NCBI RefSeq assembly: GCF_000015145.1
Contig: NC_008818.1
Location: forward strand, 270,001-302,000
Direction of reading: 5' to 3'
DNA from: Hyperthermus butylicus DSM 5456
Lineage (GTDB): Archaea; Thermoproteota; Thermoprotei_A; Sulfolobales; Pyrodictiaceae
DNA length: 32,000 nt
Below the pieces are notes generated by a model. It made no database searches. It was not told the origin of the DNA and saw nothing but the letters and a program-made list of their open reading frames with translations. Positions 8,912 to 17,493 of the stretch are shown here, piece by piece (position 1 is the first letter of the stretch; the number at the start of each line of letters is the position of its first letter). A program made the position numbers and the translations under genes.

Positions 8912-9241
8912 GTGTTGCCCAAGCTCTATCCGACCCCTCTCGTGATAGTCATTGCTGCAGCAGTACTTGCAGTCCTGAGCCTCGCCACCGGTGATACCGC
9001 TACAGCAGTCTATGCCGTGTTCTGGATGCTTGCAGGGCTAGCACTCGCATTGAAGGATGAGCCTCCGCTGCTAGCGCTAGCCTCCGCAATAGCAACCATG
9101 GCTGCGGCAGCAGTAATTGCTGGAGACTATACTGTGGTGCAGAAGTTTCTCGTAGCAGCTGCAGCTGCAGCACTAGCATACCTAGTCTACATACGTGCAA
9201 CCACAGCGAAACACCGCCTACAACGCGGGAGAAGGAGTTAG
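8912..9241 (+). CDS. Small multi-TM membrane protein, unknown function
   Basis: 109 aa, GTG start, about 4 hydrophobic segments, basic C-terminus. Confidence 0.6.
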   Translation: MLPKLYPTPLVIVIAAAVLAVLSLATGDTATAVYAVFWMLAGLALALKDEPPLLALASAIATMAAAAVIAGDYTVVQKFLVAAAAAALAYLVYIRATTAKHRLQRGRRS

Positions 9242-9341
9242 CACTGGCACTTACTCGCGCTATGCCTCCATGAACCCCAGGAGGAGCGGGCCTCGGCTCA
9301 CGGCCGTTGCCCACACCGCCCCCACCAGCTGGGGGCTTCGG

Positions 9342-9361
9342 GCTGACGTGCACACGTCAGC
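9342..9361. repeat. 9-bp inverted repeat GCTGACGTG-ca-CACGTCAGC
   Basis: Exact inverted repeat with a 2-nt spacer, 33 bp before a TATA-like palindrome. Operator-like. Confidence 0.5.
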
Positions 9362-9393
9362 GGCCCATGTAACAGTTCATAAGCCGTCCAGGC

Positions 9394-9403
9394 CTTATAT
9401 AAG
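9394..9403. promoter_or_regulatory. Palindromic TATA-like element CTTATATAAG
   Basis: Perfect 10-bp palindrome containing TTATATAA. Direction is ambiguous. Confidence 0.35.
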
Positions 9404-9961
9404 CCGTACAGAGCTGGATACGCAATCCTGATATAGTCTAAGGCTTTAGATCCGTCATCCCAAAAAACAAGCGTTGATGACGGAGCACGCTGGGATCCAG
9501 CTGGGCGAGTACCTACAAGGCTTGTAGCCAACCTGCTCTCTATCCTATTGCCGTTTTCACTAACTCCTTCTCACGATGGAGGAATACTTGTGTAGAATGG
9601 TTAGCAGCAAGAGCCTCCATGAACTCACTGGCTTCAAGCGCCACTCTGCCCCTAAGACGGTGTGGAGTGTTCAACCCGTCTCCTCTTGAGCGCTCTCTGG
9701 CTACATCAGTATCGCAGCCTTCAGCGGGCCTGGAGACCTGGAGAAGAACCCCTCAAGAAGCCATGATTTTCATCGGCTTCGGGCTTTTGGGTGGCTAGGA
9801 ATGCGGAGAAGCTCGCCATAGTCTAGCTGGTGGTCAAGCCTCGCCTCCACGGGTACTAGGGAGCCTTTCAAGCAGCTTCTTTGGCCTTCCTCCTAACCCT
9901 TATGCTGGTATACCCTGCAGCCACCACATACACTGTATAGACTGTCAAGCTCACATGCTAG

Positions 9962-10819
9962 CTACTGCATGGCGTAGCATGGGGCTGCAAAGAGTAATGC
10001 TGCACCGAGCAGTATTAAGCCAGCTACTGTCGGCAACATTATGAGCGTTACTGTAGGATCCCGTTTTGCTACCAGCAGGATAGCCGCGACTGCTGCGCTG
10101 CCTCCAACAATGGCATAGTATATCGCTAGGAGGCTGGTTTTGCTGCCCCACTCCTCTGGCTCCCAGTTGCTGCCATAGTCTACCGGGACCTTGTCCGGGA
10201 GGGCTGCATAGGCTATAGCGCCGAGCACAGCCCCCATAACCACCACGGCTGCCAGTGCTAGCAGCATTATCCTCGCCCTCTCCCTCTGCAGCCTCGGCGC
10301 ATTCTCTGCATCAATTCTGGAAGAGCCAGCCACAAGACCCTCAAGTTTATCCGCTAGCTCTGGCGCGTTACCACCAACGAAGACTGTCCTACCGTTAGCT
10401 AGCTCTAGGGCTAGCAGGTTCTCCAGCCTCTCAGCGTATATGTAGGCCCTACCATACCCCTTGACCTCGAAGAGCCCCGAGTAGAAGCCTGGCAACGATG
10501 TTCCGGCAAGCCTCCACACCGGCACCACCTTATCAACAACGCGTACAGATCTAATGGCATCAAGCGGTATCTCTATCACACCACAAGACCCCATATCTAC
10601 GTGGAGCGTGTCAATATCCAGGCTCGCTCTTACCCTACAGATTCTCGGCAGGAACACAAGCAGAGCCGGCAATACCACCACTAAAAGCCCAAGCCCAGCA
10701 GCGAAGGCTACAGCTGCAGGCGGGCAAGGCGGCAACCCTGTAAGGGCGATAACAACAACGACGATCGGGGTTGCAACCATGCTCAGGGCTATGCGTAAAA
10801 CCGTATCAGAGTATGCCAA
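9962..10819 (-). CDS. DUF1648-like domain membrane protein
   Basis: 285 aa. YAALPDKVPVDYGSNWEPEEWGSK matches the DUF1648 'LPDxVPxHxxxxGxxDxxGsK' pattern. N-terminal two TM plus a PH-like region (DIDTLHVDMGSCGVIEIPLDAIRSVRVVD). Confidence 0.7.
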   Translation of the reverse strand: MAYSDTVLRIALSMVATPIVVVVIALTGLPPCPPAAVAFAAGLGLLVVVLPALLVFLPRICRVRASLDIDTLHVDMGSCGVIEIPLDAIRSVRVVDKVVPVWRLAGTSLPGFYSGLFEVKGYGRAYIYAERLENLLALELANGRTVFVGGNAPELADKLEGLVAGSSRIDAENAPRLQRERARIMLLALAAVVVMGAVLGAIAYAALPDKVPVDYGSNWEPEEWGSKTSLLAIYYAIVGGSAAVAAILLVAKRDPTVTLIMLPTVAGLILLGAALLFAAPCYAMQ

Positions 10820-10930
10820 GAGGCTCCCTTACACGTAGAGCACAGTGTAGATGGGTTATGAAGCCTCCGATCACCCACTTAGGAGGTGTTTGAGCGTAAA
10901 AACTGCCGGTGGGTAGGGGCTACGGTATGG

Positions 10931-11656
10931 TTAATGATGTTGCCTCGTATGGCGCGGTATCTGTGGCTGTATAGGCTGTGGGATAAACTCCACACCAGGC
11001 CTGTTATACGGCGCTTGAGGGTATAGCTCCATTAGCTCGTAGACCTCTGGTGGCAATTCCGTCTTCACCGGCAAGCCTAGCTCTCTAGCCTTCTCCACGG
11101 TTATCGGGTAGTCGTGTGTCCAGCCGCCTTCGGTCAGCTTTTTCGCTAGCTCCCAAGCCTTCTCCTCGCCCATCTTGTCGCGGAGCAGGTAGACTATGAG
11201 TTCCTGCATCTCCCTTATAGCCTTCTCTGCGACATCGGCAACTACCAGCGTCGTATCGCTCGCCTTATCTCCCTTCATCTTTGCAACCTTGACTATGCTC
11301 GGTGCTGGCACTACTGGGCCCTGCGGCCCCAGCGCTAACTGTGGATCGAGCGGGCCTAGCACGGCATTCGGATCCATCAATATCTCGTCGGCTGCCAACG
11401 CGATGAGGGTGCCACCACTCATCGCGTAATGTGGCACTATCACAATCTTCTTTCCGGGATGCCTCTTCAGCGCCATGGCTATCTGGCTTGCGGCGAGGAC
11501 TAGGCCGCCCGGCGTGTGGAGTATAAGGGCTATAGGCTTGTTTGGCGGCGTCGTACGTATCGCTCTCAACACCGCCTCGGAGTCCTCAATATCTATGAAC
11601 CGGCGTATCGGTATGCCGAAGAACGATATTCTCTCCTCCCTATGTATCATTGTCAC
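10931..11656 (-). CDS. SDH-family Clp-class serine protease (ClpP/SppA-like), catalytic domain
   Basis: IALILHTPGGLVLAA, catalytic Ser in HYAMSGGTLIALAADEI, DPNAVLGPLDPQL, GGWTHDYPI. Opens at a GTG (11656) lying within a 13-bp tandem duplication. Confidence 0.85.
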   Translation of the reverse strand: MTMIHREERISFFGIPIRRFIDIEDSEAVLRAIRTTPPNKPIALILHTPGGLVLAASQIAMALKRHPGKKIVIVPHYAMSGGTLIALAADEILMDPNAVLGPLDPQLALGPQGPVVPAPSIVKVAKMKGDKASDTTLVVADVAEKAIREMQELIVYLLRDKMGEEKAWELAKKLTEGGWTHDYPITVEKARELGLPVKTELPPEVYELMELYPQAPYNRPGVEFIPQPIQPQIPRHTRQHH

Positions 11657-11671
11657 TAATCATTGTCACTA
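11646..11671. repeat. Exact 2 x 13-bp tandem duplication (ATCATTGTCACTA)
   Basis: atcattgtcacta|atcattgtcacta read directly. Confidence 0.95.
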
Positions 11672-11810
11672 CACGCCAGCCGTACTTCTCCTCAATACGC
11701 CTTATCAGCGCCAGCCTTGCAGCCTGCATCCTCCTGATGCTCAGCACGGGCTCCAGCATCATCAGGAGGAACAACAGTCAGAAGAGGAAGAATATCGTGC
11801 TGTTAACCAT
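11657..11810 (-). pseudogene. Disconnected N-terminal (membrane anchor/linker) portion of the serine protease
   Basis: Reverse-strand from ATG 11810: MVNSTIFFLF*LLFLLMMLEPVLSIRRMQAARLALIRRIEEKYGWRVVTMISDNDT*. There is an in-frame TGA and then a +13-nt frame change. Removing one 13-nt copy rejoins the frame: ...RIEEKYGWRVVTMIHREERISFFGI... Confidence 0.75.
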
Positions 11811-11950
11811 GTCTATTAGTGAGGGGGCAGCAGCCTCCCCAGCCAAGACCTCTCTGCACCAATAGGGCTAACCCATGCCAGGGGGCTTAAAGGGGAGACG
11901 AGAAATGTTTGGATGAACAATACTCCATTGCTCAGGAGGCACTACAAGGA

Positions 11951-13306
11951 CTACTTTGCAAGGGTTATTATCTTCTCATAGAACCAGTTCATTGTCTTCT
12001 CACTCCAGAGCTCGTTGCGGCCCCAGCGTACGCCCTCCGGAACCTTGGTCTCTACCGGGCCTACCTGTTTGCCGGAGCTGTCTATCGTGTAGCCCCTTAT
12101 CGGGCCAGTGAACGGCTCGAATAGTAGTTCCTTCATCTCCTCATATAGCCTCTTTATCTCCTCAAGCGCCTTCGCCGGTATTGCCTCGGTGTTCAGCGTT
12201 GCAAGATAGACCGCGCCCTCCGGCTTACCAGCCGTAGACTCTTCGATGGGCCGCCTCCACCTTATCGGCGTGAAGTCGCCTAGGCGGGCCCAGATATCCT
12301 CCTTCTCCGCTATCCCCAGCACCTTCTTTGCGAGCAGGTAGGTGTATATGGGGGCCCAGTCGGCCACCTGGCCTGTCAGGTGGCTTCTCTTTATCCTCTC
12401 AACCATCTTCTCGTCCTTGGTCTTGCTTAGCAGGTATGAGAGCATATCGCTGTAGTGGCTGAAGCTGTAAACCCCGTACTCTGCTGCTGTCTCGAGTATT
12501 GCCGTGGAATCCTCTGTGTAGGCTATCACGTCTACGTTGTATGCGTTTATGAGTGTTTCAGCGTAGCTCCTGGCTTTAGGCGGGTCGAACCACTGGAAGA
12601 GCGGCGCGGTCACGTAGATCTCTAGCTTGCGGCCATTGTCGCAGTTACCGGTTATCTTTGCACCGTACACTGCGCCGAGAGCAAATGCGTTTATGTGCCT
12701 GACGACTTCCGGTATGAGGAAGGCTGGTACGTAGCCTACCCTGCATGTCTTGGTGACAGCGCCTGCCGCTATTCCGTTTAGGTAGTAGAGCTGGTAGAAC
12801 TCGGCGAAGTAGGTGACAACGTTTGGTAGATCCTTGAACTCCTCCCAGGGCCCGCTGCAGTGGTAGAAGGTTACCTCCGGGTACTCCCTGGCTAGCCTCT
12901 TAATCGCATCCATGTAGCCAAAGCTTGTAGCGAAGACTGCCTGGTAGCCATACTCCTCTATGGCCCGTTTTATCGTTGTGTAGGCCTGGTTTTCCGGTAT
13001 CTTCTCAACGTACGTCTGTACACTGGTATCCACGAAATCCTTCAGCGCCTCGAGGGCCCTCCCGCGGCCGACATGATGTGCGTGCGTCCAGCCGACATCT
13101 CCTACGGGGCCGACATAGATCCAGAGTGCTCGGAGCTTCTGGCCCTGCTGGCTCCTGCTAAACTGCTTGGTGGCTGGCTGAGCTGTACTGCTTGACTCAG
13201 GGGTCCCACTTGTGCCGCTGCCTAGGAGAGATGCCCCAAGCGCGCCTAGGGCTAGGCCAGCAGCGCCTACGCCTAGGAGTTTGAGGAGCTCTCTCCTGGA
13301 GGGCAT
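11951..13306 (-). CDS. BMP/PnrA-like ABC transporter substrate-binding protein with Tat-like signal peptide
   Basis: MPSRRELLKLLGVGAAGLALGALGASLL, then YVGPVGDVGWTHAHHVGRGRALEALKDFVDT..., GYQAVFATSFGYMDAIKRLAREYPEVTFYHCSGP, AFALGAVYGAKITG: BMP-family pattern. Confidence 0.85.
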   Translation of the reverse strand: MPSRRELLKLLGVGAAGLALGALGASLLGSGTSGTPESSSTAQPATKQFSRSQQGQKLRALWIYVGPVGDVGWTHAHHVGRGRALEALKDFVDTSVQTYVEKIPENQAYTTIKRAIEEYGYQAVFATSFGYMDAIKRLAREYPEVTFYHCSGPWEEFKDLPNVVTYFAEFYQLYYLNGIAAGAVTKTCRVGYVPAFLIPEVVRHINAFALGAVYGAKITGNCDNGRKLEIYVTAPLFQWFDPPKARSYAETLINAYNVDVIAYTEDSTAILETAAEYGVYSFSHYSDMLSYLLSKTKDEKMVERIKRSHLTGQVADWAPIYTYLLAKKVLGIAEKEDIWARLGDFTPIRWRRPIEESTAGKPEGAVYLATLNTEAIPAKALEEIKRLYEEMKELLFEPFTGPIRGYTIDSSGKQVGPVETKVPEGVRWGRNELWSEKTMNWFYEKIITLAK

Positions 13307-13364
13307 GGCGGTACTCCATGATGGCTTCTCGGCGGTGTTTACTTATAAGCTGGTTCTAGAATAG

Positions 13365-14135
13365 TTGTACCTGGGTTTTTTGCATCAGTTGATGCATAGT
13401 GGGTTGCGGGAAGCGATGAAGAGTCCCCGGAGCGGTAGGCTGGGCAGGGTAGCCTTCACAGTTACCGTAGTCTCCGCGCTGAGGCTGGCAAAGGAGAGGT
13501 TCACCTACCGCGAGCTATCCACCGCCACCGGTATACCTGCTCCACAGATTGCCCGCTACGTGTCTGGCAGTAGCCTCCCAAGCAGCGAGAAGGCCGAGAG
13601 GATACTCAGGGGGCTCTGGAAGCTAGCTGACCCTCGCCGTGCACTTGCAGAGAGACTGGCCGAGACTGGGGGCGTTCTCGACACCAGTGTGGTGCTGACA
13701 GACCCCCTATACCTCACCCTGGCGAGCCTATACTACCTGGAGAGGCTCAGAGACATCGAGCCAACAAGGATACTAGTGCCGGAGGCGTCCGGCATACCGT
13801 TAGCAACAAGCCTAAGCCTACTCCTTGGCGCCCCATTCACTGTTGCCAGGCGCTACATGGGTTACGGGCTATGCAGCAGCAGCGAGCCGAGATTCTGCAT
13901 CCGTCCCGGCCAGCTAGGCAGGAGCGACCGCGTACTCATAGTAGACGACATAGTTGAGACCGGCATGACTCTCCGAGCACTCGAGGAGATAGCGGATAGT
14001 ATTGGAGCCCGGGTGGAGGCTGTGGCCGCCCTGGTGGTTGTAGGTGATGAATGGAGGAGACACACCAGGATAGCCCGCATAGAGGCAATGGTGTACCTCA
14101 AGAAGCCGGGGATGAGGAGGGAGCCAGGCCTATAG
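13365..14135 (+). CDS. HTH-phosphoribosyltransferase transcriptional regulator (GfcR/PurR-like)
   Basis: N-terminal HTH ([35 protein letters not shown]) and a PRTase motif [21 protein letters not shown]. Confidence 0.85.
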   Translation: MYLGFLHQLMHSGLREAMKSPRSGRLGRVAFTVTVVSALRLAKERFTYRELSTATGIPAPQIARYVSGSSLPSSEKAERILRGLWKLADPRRALAERLAETGGVLDTSVVLTDPLYLTLASLYYLERLRDIEPTRILVPEASGIPLATSLSLLLGAPFTVARRYMGYGLCSSSEPRFCIRPGQLGRSDRVLIVDDIVETGMTLRALEEIADSIGARVEAVAALVVVGDEWRRHTRIARIEAMVYLKKPGMRREPGL

Positions 14136-14236
14136 CTCGGCATGGCATGTGCATCGTGCACTGCACTGAAAGCTTTATGAATGAAAAGTGGAGGTGCTCA
14201 CAAACTACCGGTCTGGCCTGTGGGAAAGGGGGAAGG

Positions 14237-16450
14237 GTGAGCCCGGAGGTAGGTTATACCGTGCCGGCGGAGGTTCGGTTGAGAGTTGCCGAGGCTCTTA
14301 GTAGGGATGTTGGCAGGAAGATTGCTCGCATCAGCCGCGAGGTCATGGCTAGGTTAGGTGTGGAGGTTGGTGACTATATTGAGATTGAAGGGCCTAGAGG
14401 TATTGCTGTTGCCCAGGTCTGGCCGCTGCACCCGGACGAGAGAGACCGGAACATTATTCGTATCGATGGCTACATGAGGGAGGCTATTGGCGCCAGTGTT
14501 GGCGACATGGTTACGGTGAGAAAGGCTGCAAATGTGCAGCCAGCCACGAGGGTAGTGTTGGCCCCTACGGAGCCGATACGCTTCGCAGCCGACTTCCCCG
14601 AATACGTGAAGGAGTACTTGCTGCGTAAGCCCCTGGCAAGGGGCGAGACTGTAGTCATCCCCGTATTTAGTACAGGCCTCAAGCTCGTAGTTGTCTCAAC
14701 ACAACCCAGCCAGTTCGTATACGTGACGAGGGATACTGAGATAGAGATAAGGGAGGAGCCGGTCAGGGAGGAGAGGATACACCGCGGCATCCCAAGGGTC
14801 ACCTGGGAGGATATCGGCGACTTAGAGGAAGCCAAGGAGAAGATAAGGGAGATAGTAGAGCTACCAATGAAGCACCCAGAGCTATTCGAGCACCTTGGCA
14901 TCGAGCCGCCGAAGGGTATACTGCTCTATGGCCCGCCGGGCGTGGGCAAGACCCTGCTGGCAAAGGCTCTGGCGAACGAAATAGGAGCATACTTCATCGC
15001 TATTAACGGTCCAGAGATCATGAGCAAGTACTATGGCGAGAGCGAGCAGAGGCTGAGAGAAATCTTCGAGGAGGCCGAGAAGAACGCTCCAAGCATCATC
15101 TTCATAGACGAGATAGACGCGATAGCCCCGAGACGTGAGGAGGTAACCGGCGAGGTAGAAAAGCGCGTTGTAGCCCAGCTGCTAACCCTCATGGACGGCC
15201 TAAAGGAGCGCGGCCGCGTAATAGTAATCGGCGCCACTAACAGACCCGACGCCATAGACCCAGCGCTACGCCGCCCAGGCCGCTTCGACAGGGAGATAGA
15301 GATACGGCCGCCGGACAAGAGGGCGCGTAAGGAGATACTCCAGGTACACGTACGTAACATGCCACTGGCAGACGACGTAGACCTAGACAAGATAGCTGAG
15401 ATGACCCACGGCTACACCGGCGCCGACCTAGCAGCCCTAGCAAAGGAGGCTGCTATGAACGCGCTGAGGAGGTTCATCAAGAGCGGCAGGATAGACTTGA
15501 ACAAGCCGATACCCGCCGAGGTGCTTAGGGAGTTAAAGGTAACCATGGCAGACTTCCTCGAGGCTATGAGGCACGTGCAGCCAAGCCTGATAAGGGAGAT
15601 CTATATCGAGGTACCAGAGGTACACTGGGACGACATAGGCGGCCTAGACGATGTAAAGCAGCAGCTCCGTGAGGCTATTGAGTGGCCCTTGACACATCCC
15701 GAGCTGTTCGAACAGATGGGCGTAAGACCCCCGAAGGGTATACTGCTCTTTGGCCCACCTGGTACGGGTAAGACGCTCCTCGCTAAGGCTGCTGCGACGG
15801 AGAGTGGAGCCAACTTCATAGCGGTAAGAGGACCCGAAATACTCAGCAAATGGGTAGGCGAAAGCGAGAAGGCGATCAGACAGATATTCCGGCGGGCACG
15901 CCAGGTAGCTCCGGCAATAATCTTCTTCGACGAGATAGACGCTATCGCACCGGCACGCGGCATGAGGTACGACACGAGCGGCGTAACCGACCGCATCGTA
16001 AACCAGCTACTAACCGAGATGGATGGCATCGAGCCGCTCACAAACGTCGTCGTGATAGCTGCCACGAATAGGCCGGACATCCTCGATCCAGCACTGCTAC
16101 GTCCAGGTAGGTTTGACAGACTAATCTACGTGCCACCGCCAGACAAGAAGTCAAGGCTCGAGATACTGAGGATACACACGAGGAGGATGCCGCTGGCAGA
16201 GGACGTAGACCTCGAGCTAATCGCCGAGAAGACCGAGGGCTATACTGGTGCCGACCTGGAGGCTGTATGCCGTGAGGCAGCAATGATAGCGCTCCGGGAG
16301 ACATTCAAGAAGACTGGTAAGCCGCAAGCCGTGCTGGTCCGAATGGAGCACTTCGAGAAAGCACTGCAAGCAATACCTCCGAGTCTAACACCGGAGGATA
16401 TAAGGCGCTATGAGAGGCTGGCAAAAGAGCTAAAGAGAATGGTTACCTAA
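14237..16450 (+). CDS. CDC48/VAT-type double AAA ATPase
   Basis: Likely GTG start at 14237 ([13 protein letters not shown]). Two Walker A/B sets ([17 protein letters not shown] ... [15 protein letters not shown]; [17 protein letters not shown] ... [16 protein letters not shown]) and an N-domain. The track's upstream extension overlaps the regulator gene and is unlikely. Confidence 0.95.
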   Translation: MSPEVGYTVPAEVRLRVAEALSRDVGRKIARISREVMARLGVEVGDYIEIEGPRGIAVAQVWPLHPDERDRNIIRIDGYMREAIGASVGDMVTVRKAANVQPATRVVLAPTEPIRFAADFPEYVKEYLLRKPLARGETVVIPVFSTGLKLVVVSTQPSQFVYVTRDTEIEIREEPVREERIHRGIPRVTWEDIGDLEEAKEKIREIVELPMKHPELFEHLGIEPPKGILLYGPPGVGKTLLAKALANEIGAYFIAINGPEIMSKYYGESEQRLREIFEEAEKNAPSIIFIDEIDAIAPRREEVTGEVEKRVVAQLLTLMDGLKERGRVIVIGATNRPDAIDPALRRPGRFDREIEIRPPDKRARKEILQVHVRNMPLADDVDLDKIAEMTHGYTGADLAALAKEAAMNALRRFIKSGRIDLNKPIPAEVLRELKVTMADFLEAMRHVQPSLIREIYIEVPEVHWDDIGGLDDVKQQLREAIEWPLTHPELFEQMGVRPPKGILLFGPPGTGKTLLAKAAATESGANFIAVRGPEILSKWVGESEKAIRQIFRRARQVAPAIIFFDEIDAIAPARGMRYDTSGVTDRIVNQLLTEMDGIEPLTNVVVIAATNRPDILDPALLRPGRFDRLIYVPPPDKKSRLEILRIHTRRMPLAEDVDLELIAEKTEGYTGADLEAVCREAAMIALRETFKKTGKPQAVLVRMEHFEKALQAIPPSLTPEDIRRYERLAKELKRMVT

Positions 16451-16455
16451 CCGTT

Positions 16456-16486
16456 GCATAGCAGTACCGGCATAATGTTGCTATGC
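16456..16486. terminator. Hairpin immediately after the CDC48 stop
   Basis: GCATAGCA (16456-16463) with TGCTATGC (16479-16486), starting 6 nt after the stop codon. Role uncertain. Confidence 0.25.
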
Positions 16487-16708
16487 TTGGAGGAGGCGTT
16501 CCGGCGAGAACCAGGCTAAGACCCTTTTCGGTTTTAGCGGTTTTATCGCCTCGACAACGTCTACCCACACCACCCCCGCTACGACTAGTTTGGTCCTCGC
16601 ATCCACTATCTCCATAATGCTTTTCGTAGAACTGGTCTTCAACCCTTGTCGCCTAGGCTTGAACAACCTACCAGAACCACTACAGCTCACCCGGTAATAC
16701 ATCACCAA
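16481..16708 (-). CDS. Hypothetical small protein
   Basis: 75 aa ORF only. The C-terminal half (MEIVDARTKLVVAGVVWVDVVEAIKPLKPKRVLAWFSPERLLQA) looks protein-like. Confidence 0.3.
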   Translation of the reverse strand: MVMYYRVSCSGSGRLFKPRRQGLKTSSTKSIMEIVDARTKLVVAGVVWVDVVEAIKPLKPKRVLAWFSPERLLQA

Positions 16709-16915
16709 GACCGACTAAGACTGGGAGATTGGTTTCCATAACTCCAGGTCAACTCCCTATGACATAATCCCTCCAACTGCTCTCTTTGGGCCGGTTGAGA
16801 CTAGGTGAGAGTTATGGAGGCTCTCTGATAGAGATTTGATAAGCCTGCTGCAGCCATCGTTCCCGCTTTAGTAGCTACTGTCTTCGTAGTCAACGTTTCT
16901 ATGGATCCTTTCGGG

Positions 16916-17197
16916 CTAGGTTTCTTTTTGTGCAGCTTGGTCAAGGAGCTTTTTGAGCCACTCGTAGAGGTAGCCTGGGTCGCTTGGCAGTCCTTCTACT
17001 TGCCCGTATCCCTCAACGACTATGGTGGGCTCGGTTTCGGTGCTGCAGTCTCTTATCCTTACGACTATAATGTTTAGGCTGTACTCCTGCTCTATTATCT
17101 CCCTAAACTCCTCCAGCCAGCTTGCAGCTGTATAGCCTATGTGGTCATCGCAGTAGCGAACTGTTACAACGATGCAGTTGTCTCTGGCAGCCTCCAT
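16916..17197 (-). CDS. Hypothetical protein
   Basis: 93 aa, alternating beta/alpha pattern (NCIVVTVRYCDDHIGYTAASWLEEFREIIEQEYSLNIIVVRIRDC...TIVVEGYGQVEGLPSDPGYLYEWLKKLLDQ). Looks like a real coding sequence. Confidence 0.6.
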   Translation of the reverse strand: MEAARDNCIVVTVRYCDDHIGYTAASWLEEFREIIEQEYSLNIIVVRIRDCSTETEPTIVVEGYGQVEGLPSDPGYLYEWLKKLLDQAAQKET

Positions 17198-17239
17198 GAA
17201 TGATGCCCCTCCCTTGTTGTAGCTATAACAGGGATGGTA

Positions 17240-17420
17240 CTAAGATGCTGCGGCTTGCGTTACGGGGTAGACTAGCCTCGGCCCCACGCCTATCTCTCTG
17301 CCCATACCCTTGGCGTGAGCAGCTCGGGTCAAGTTCTACAGCACTGGCACCAGCCTCCTCAGCAGCTGCGAGCCTCGAGAACTCCTTGGTGCCTCCAGCG
17401 ATGCTCACTACTACGGGGAG
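17240..17420 (-). pseudogene. Remnant of dihydroorotate dehydrogenase (pyrD-like)
   Basis: Reverse-strand *LPVVVSIAGGTKEFSRLAAAEEAGASAVELDPSC, then a frame change, then HAKGMGREIGVGPRLVYPVTQAAAS*. This matches the DHOD pattern 'PV(I/V)(A/V)SIAG..., EAGADA(I/V)ELN.SCPHxKGMGxEIG'. No intact ORF. Confidence 0.65.
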
Positions 17421-17493
17421 TCAGGCCCGGCTGCGGCCGGAGCACACCCATTCTCCTCTAAAATCATCAAGCCGGCAGCGCGTGTACTGGATG

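Noticed and set aside
14470-16304. Several long minus-strand ORFs (for example 14470-14901, 15031-15390, 15601-16080, 16038-16304)
   Set aside because: Antisense shadows of the CDC48 gene in GC-rich sequence; no family signatures.
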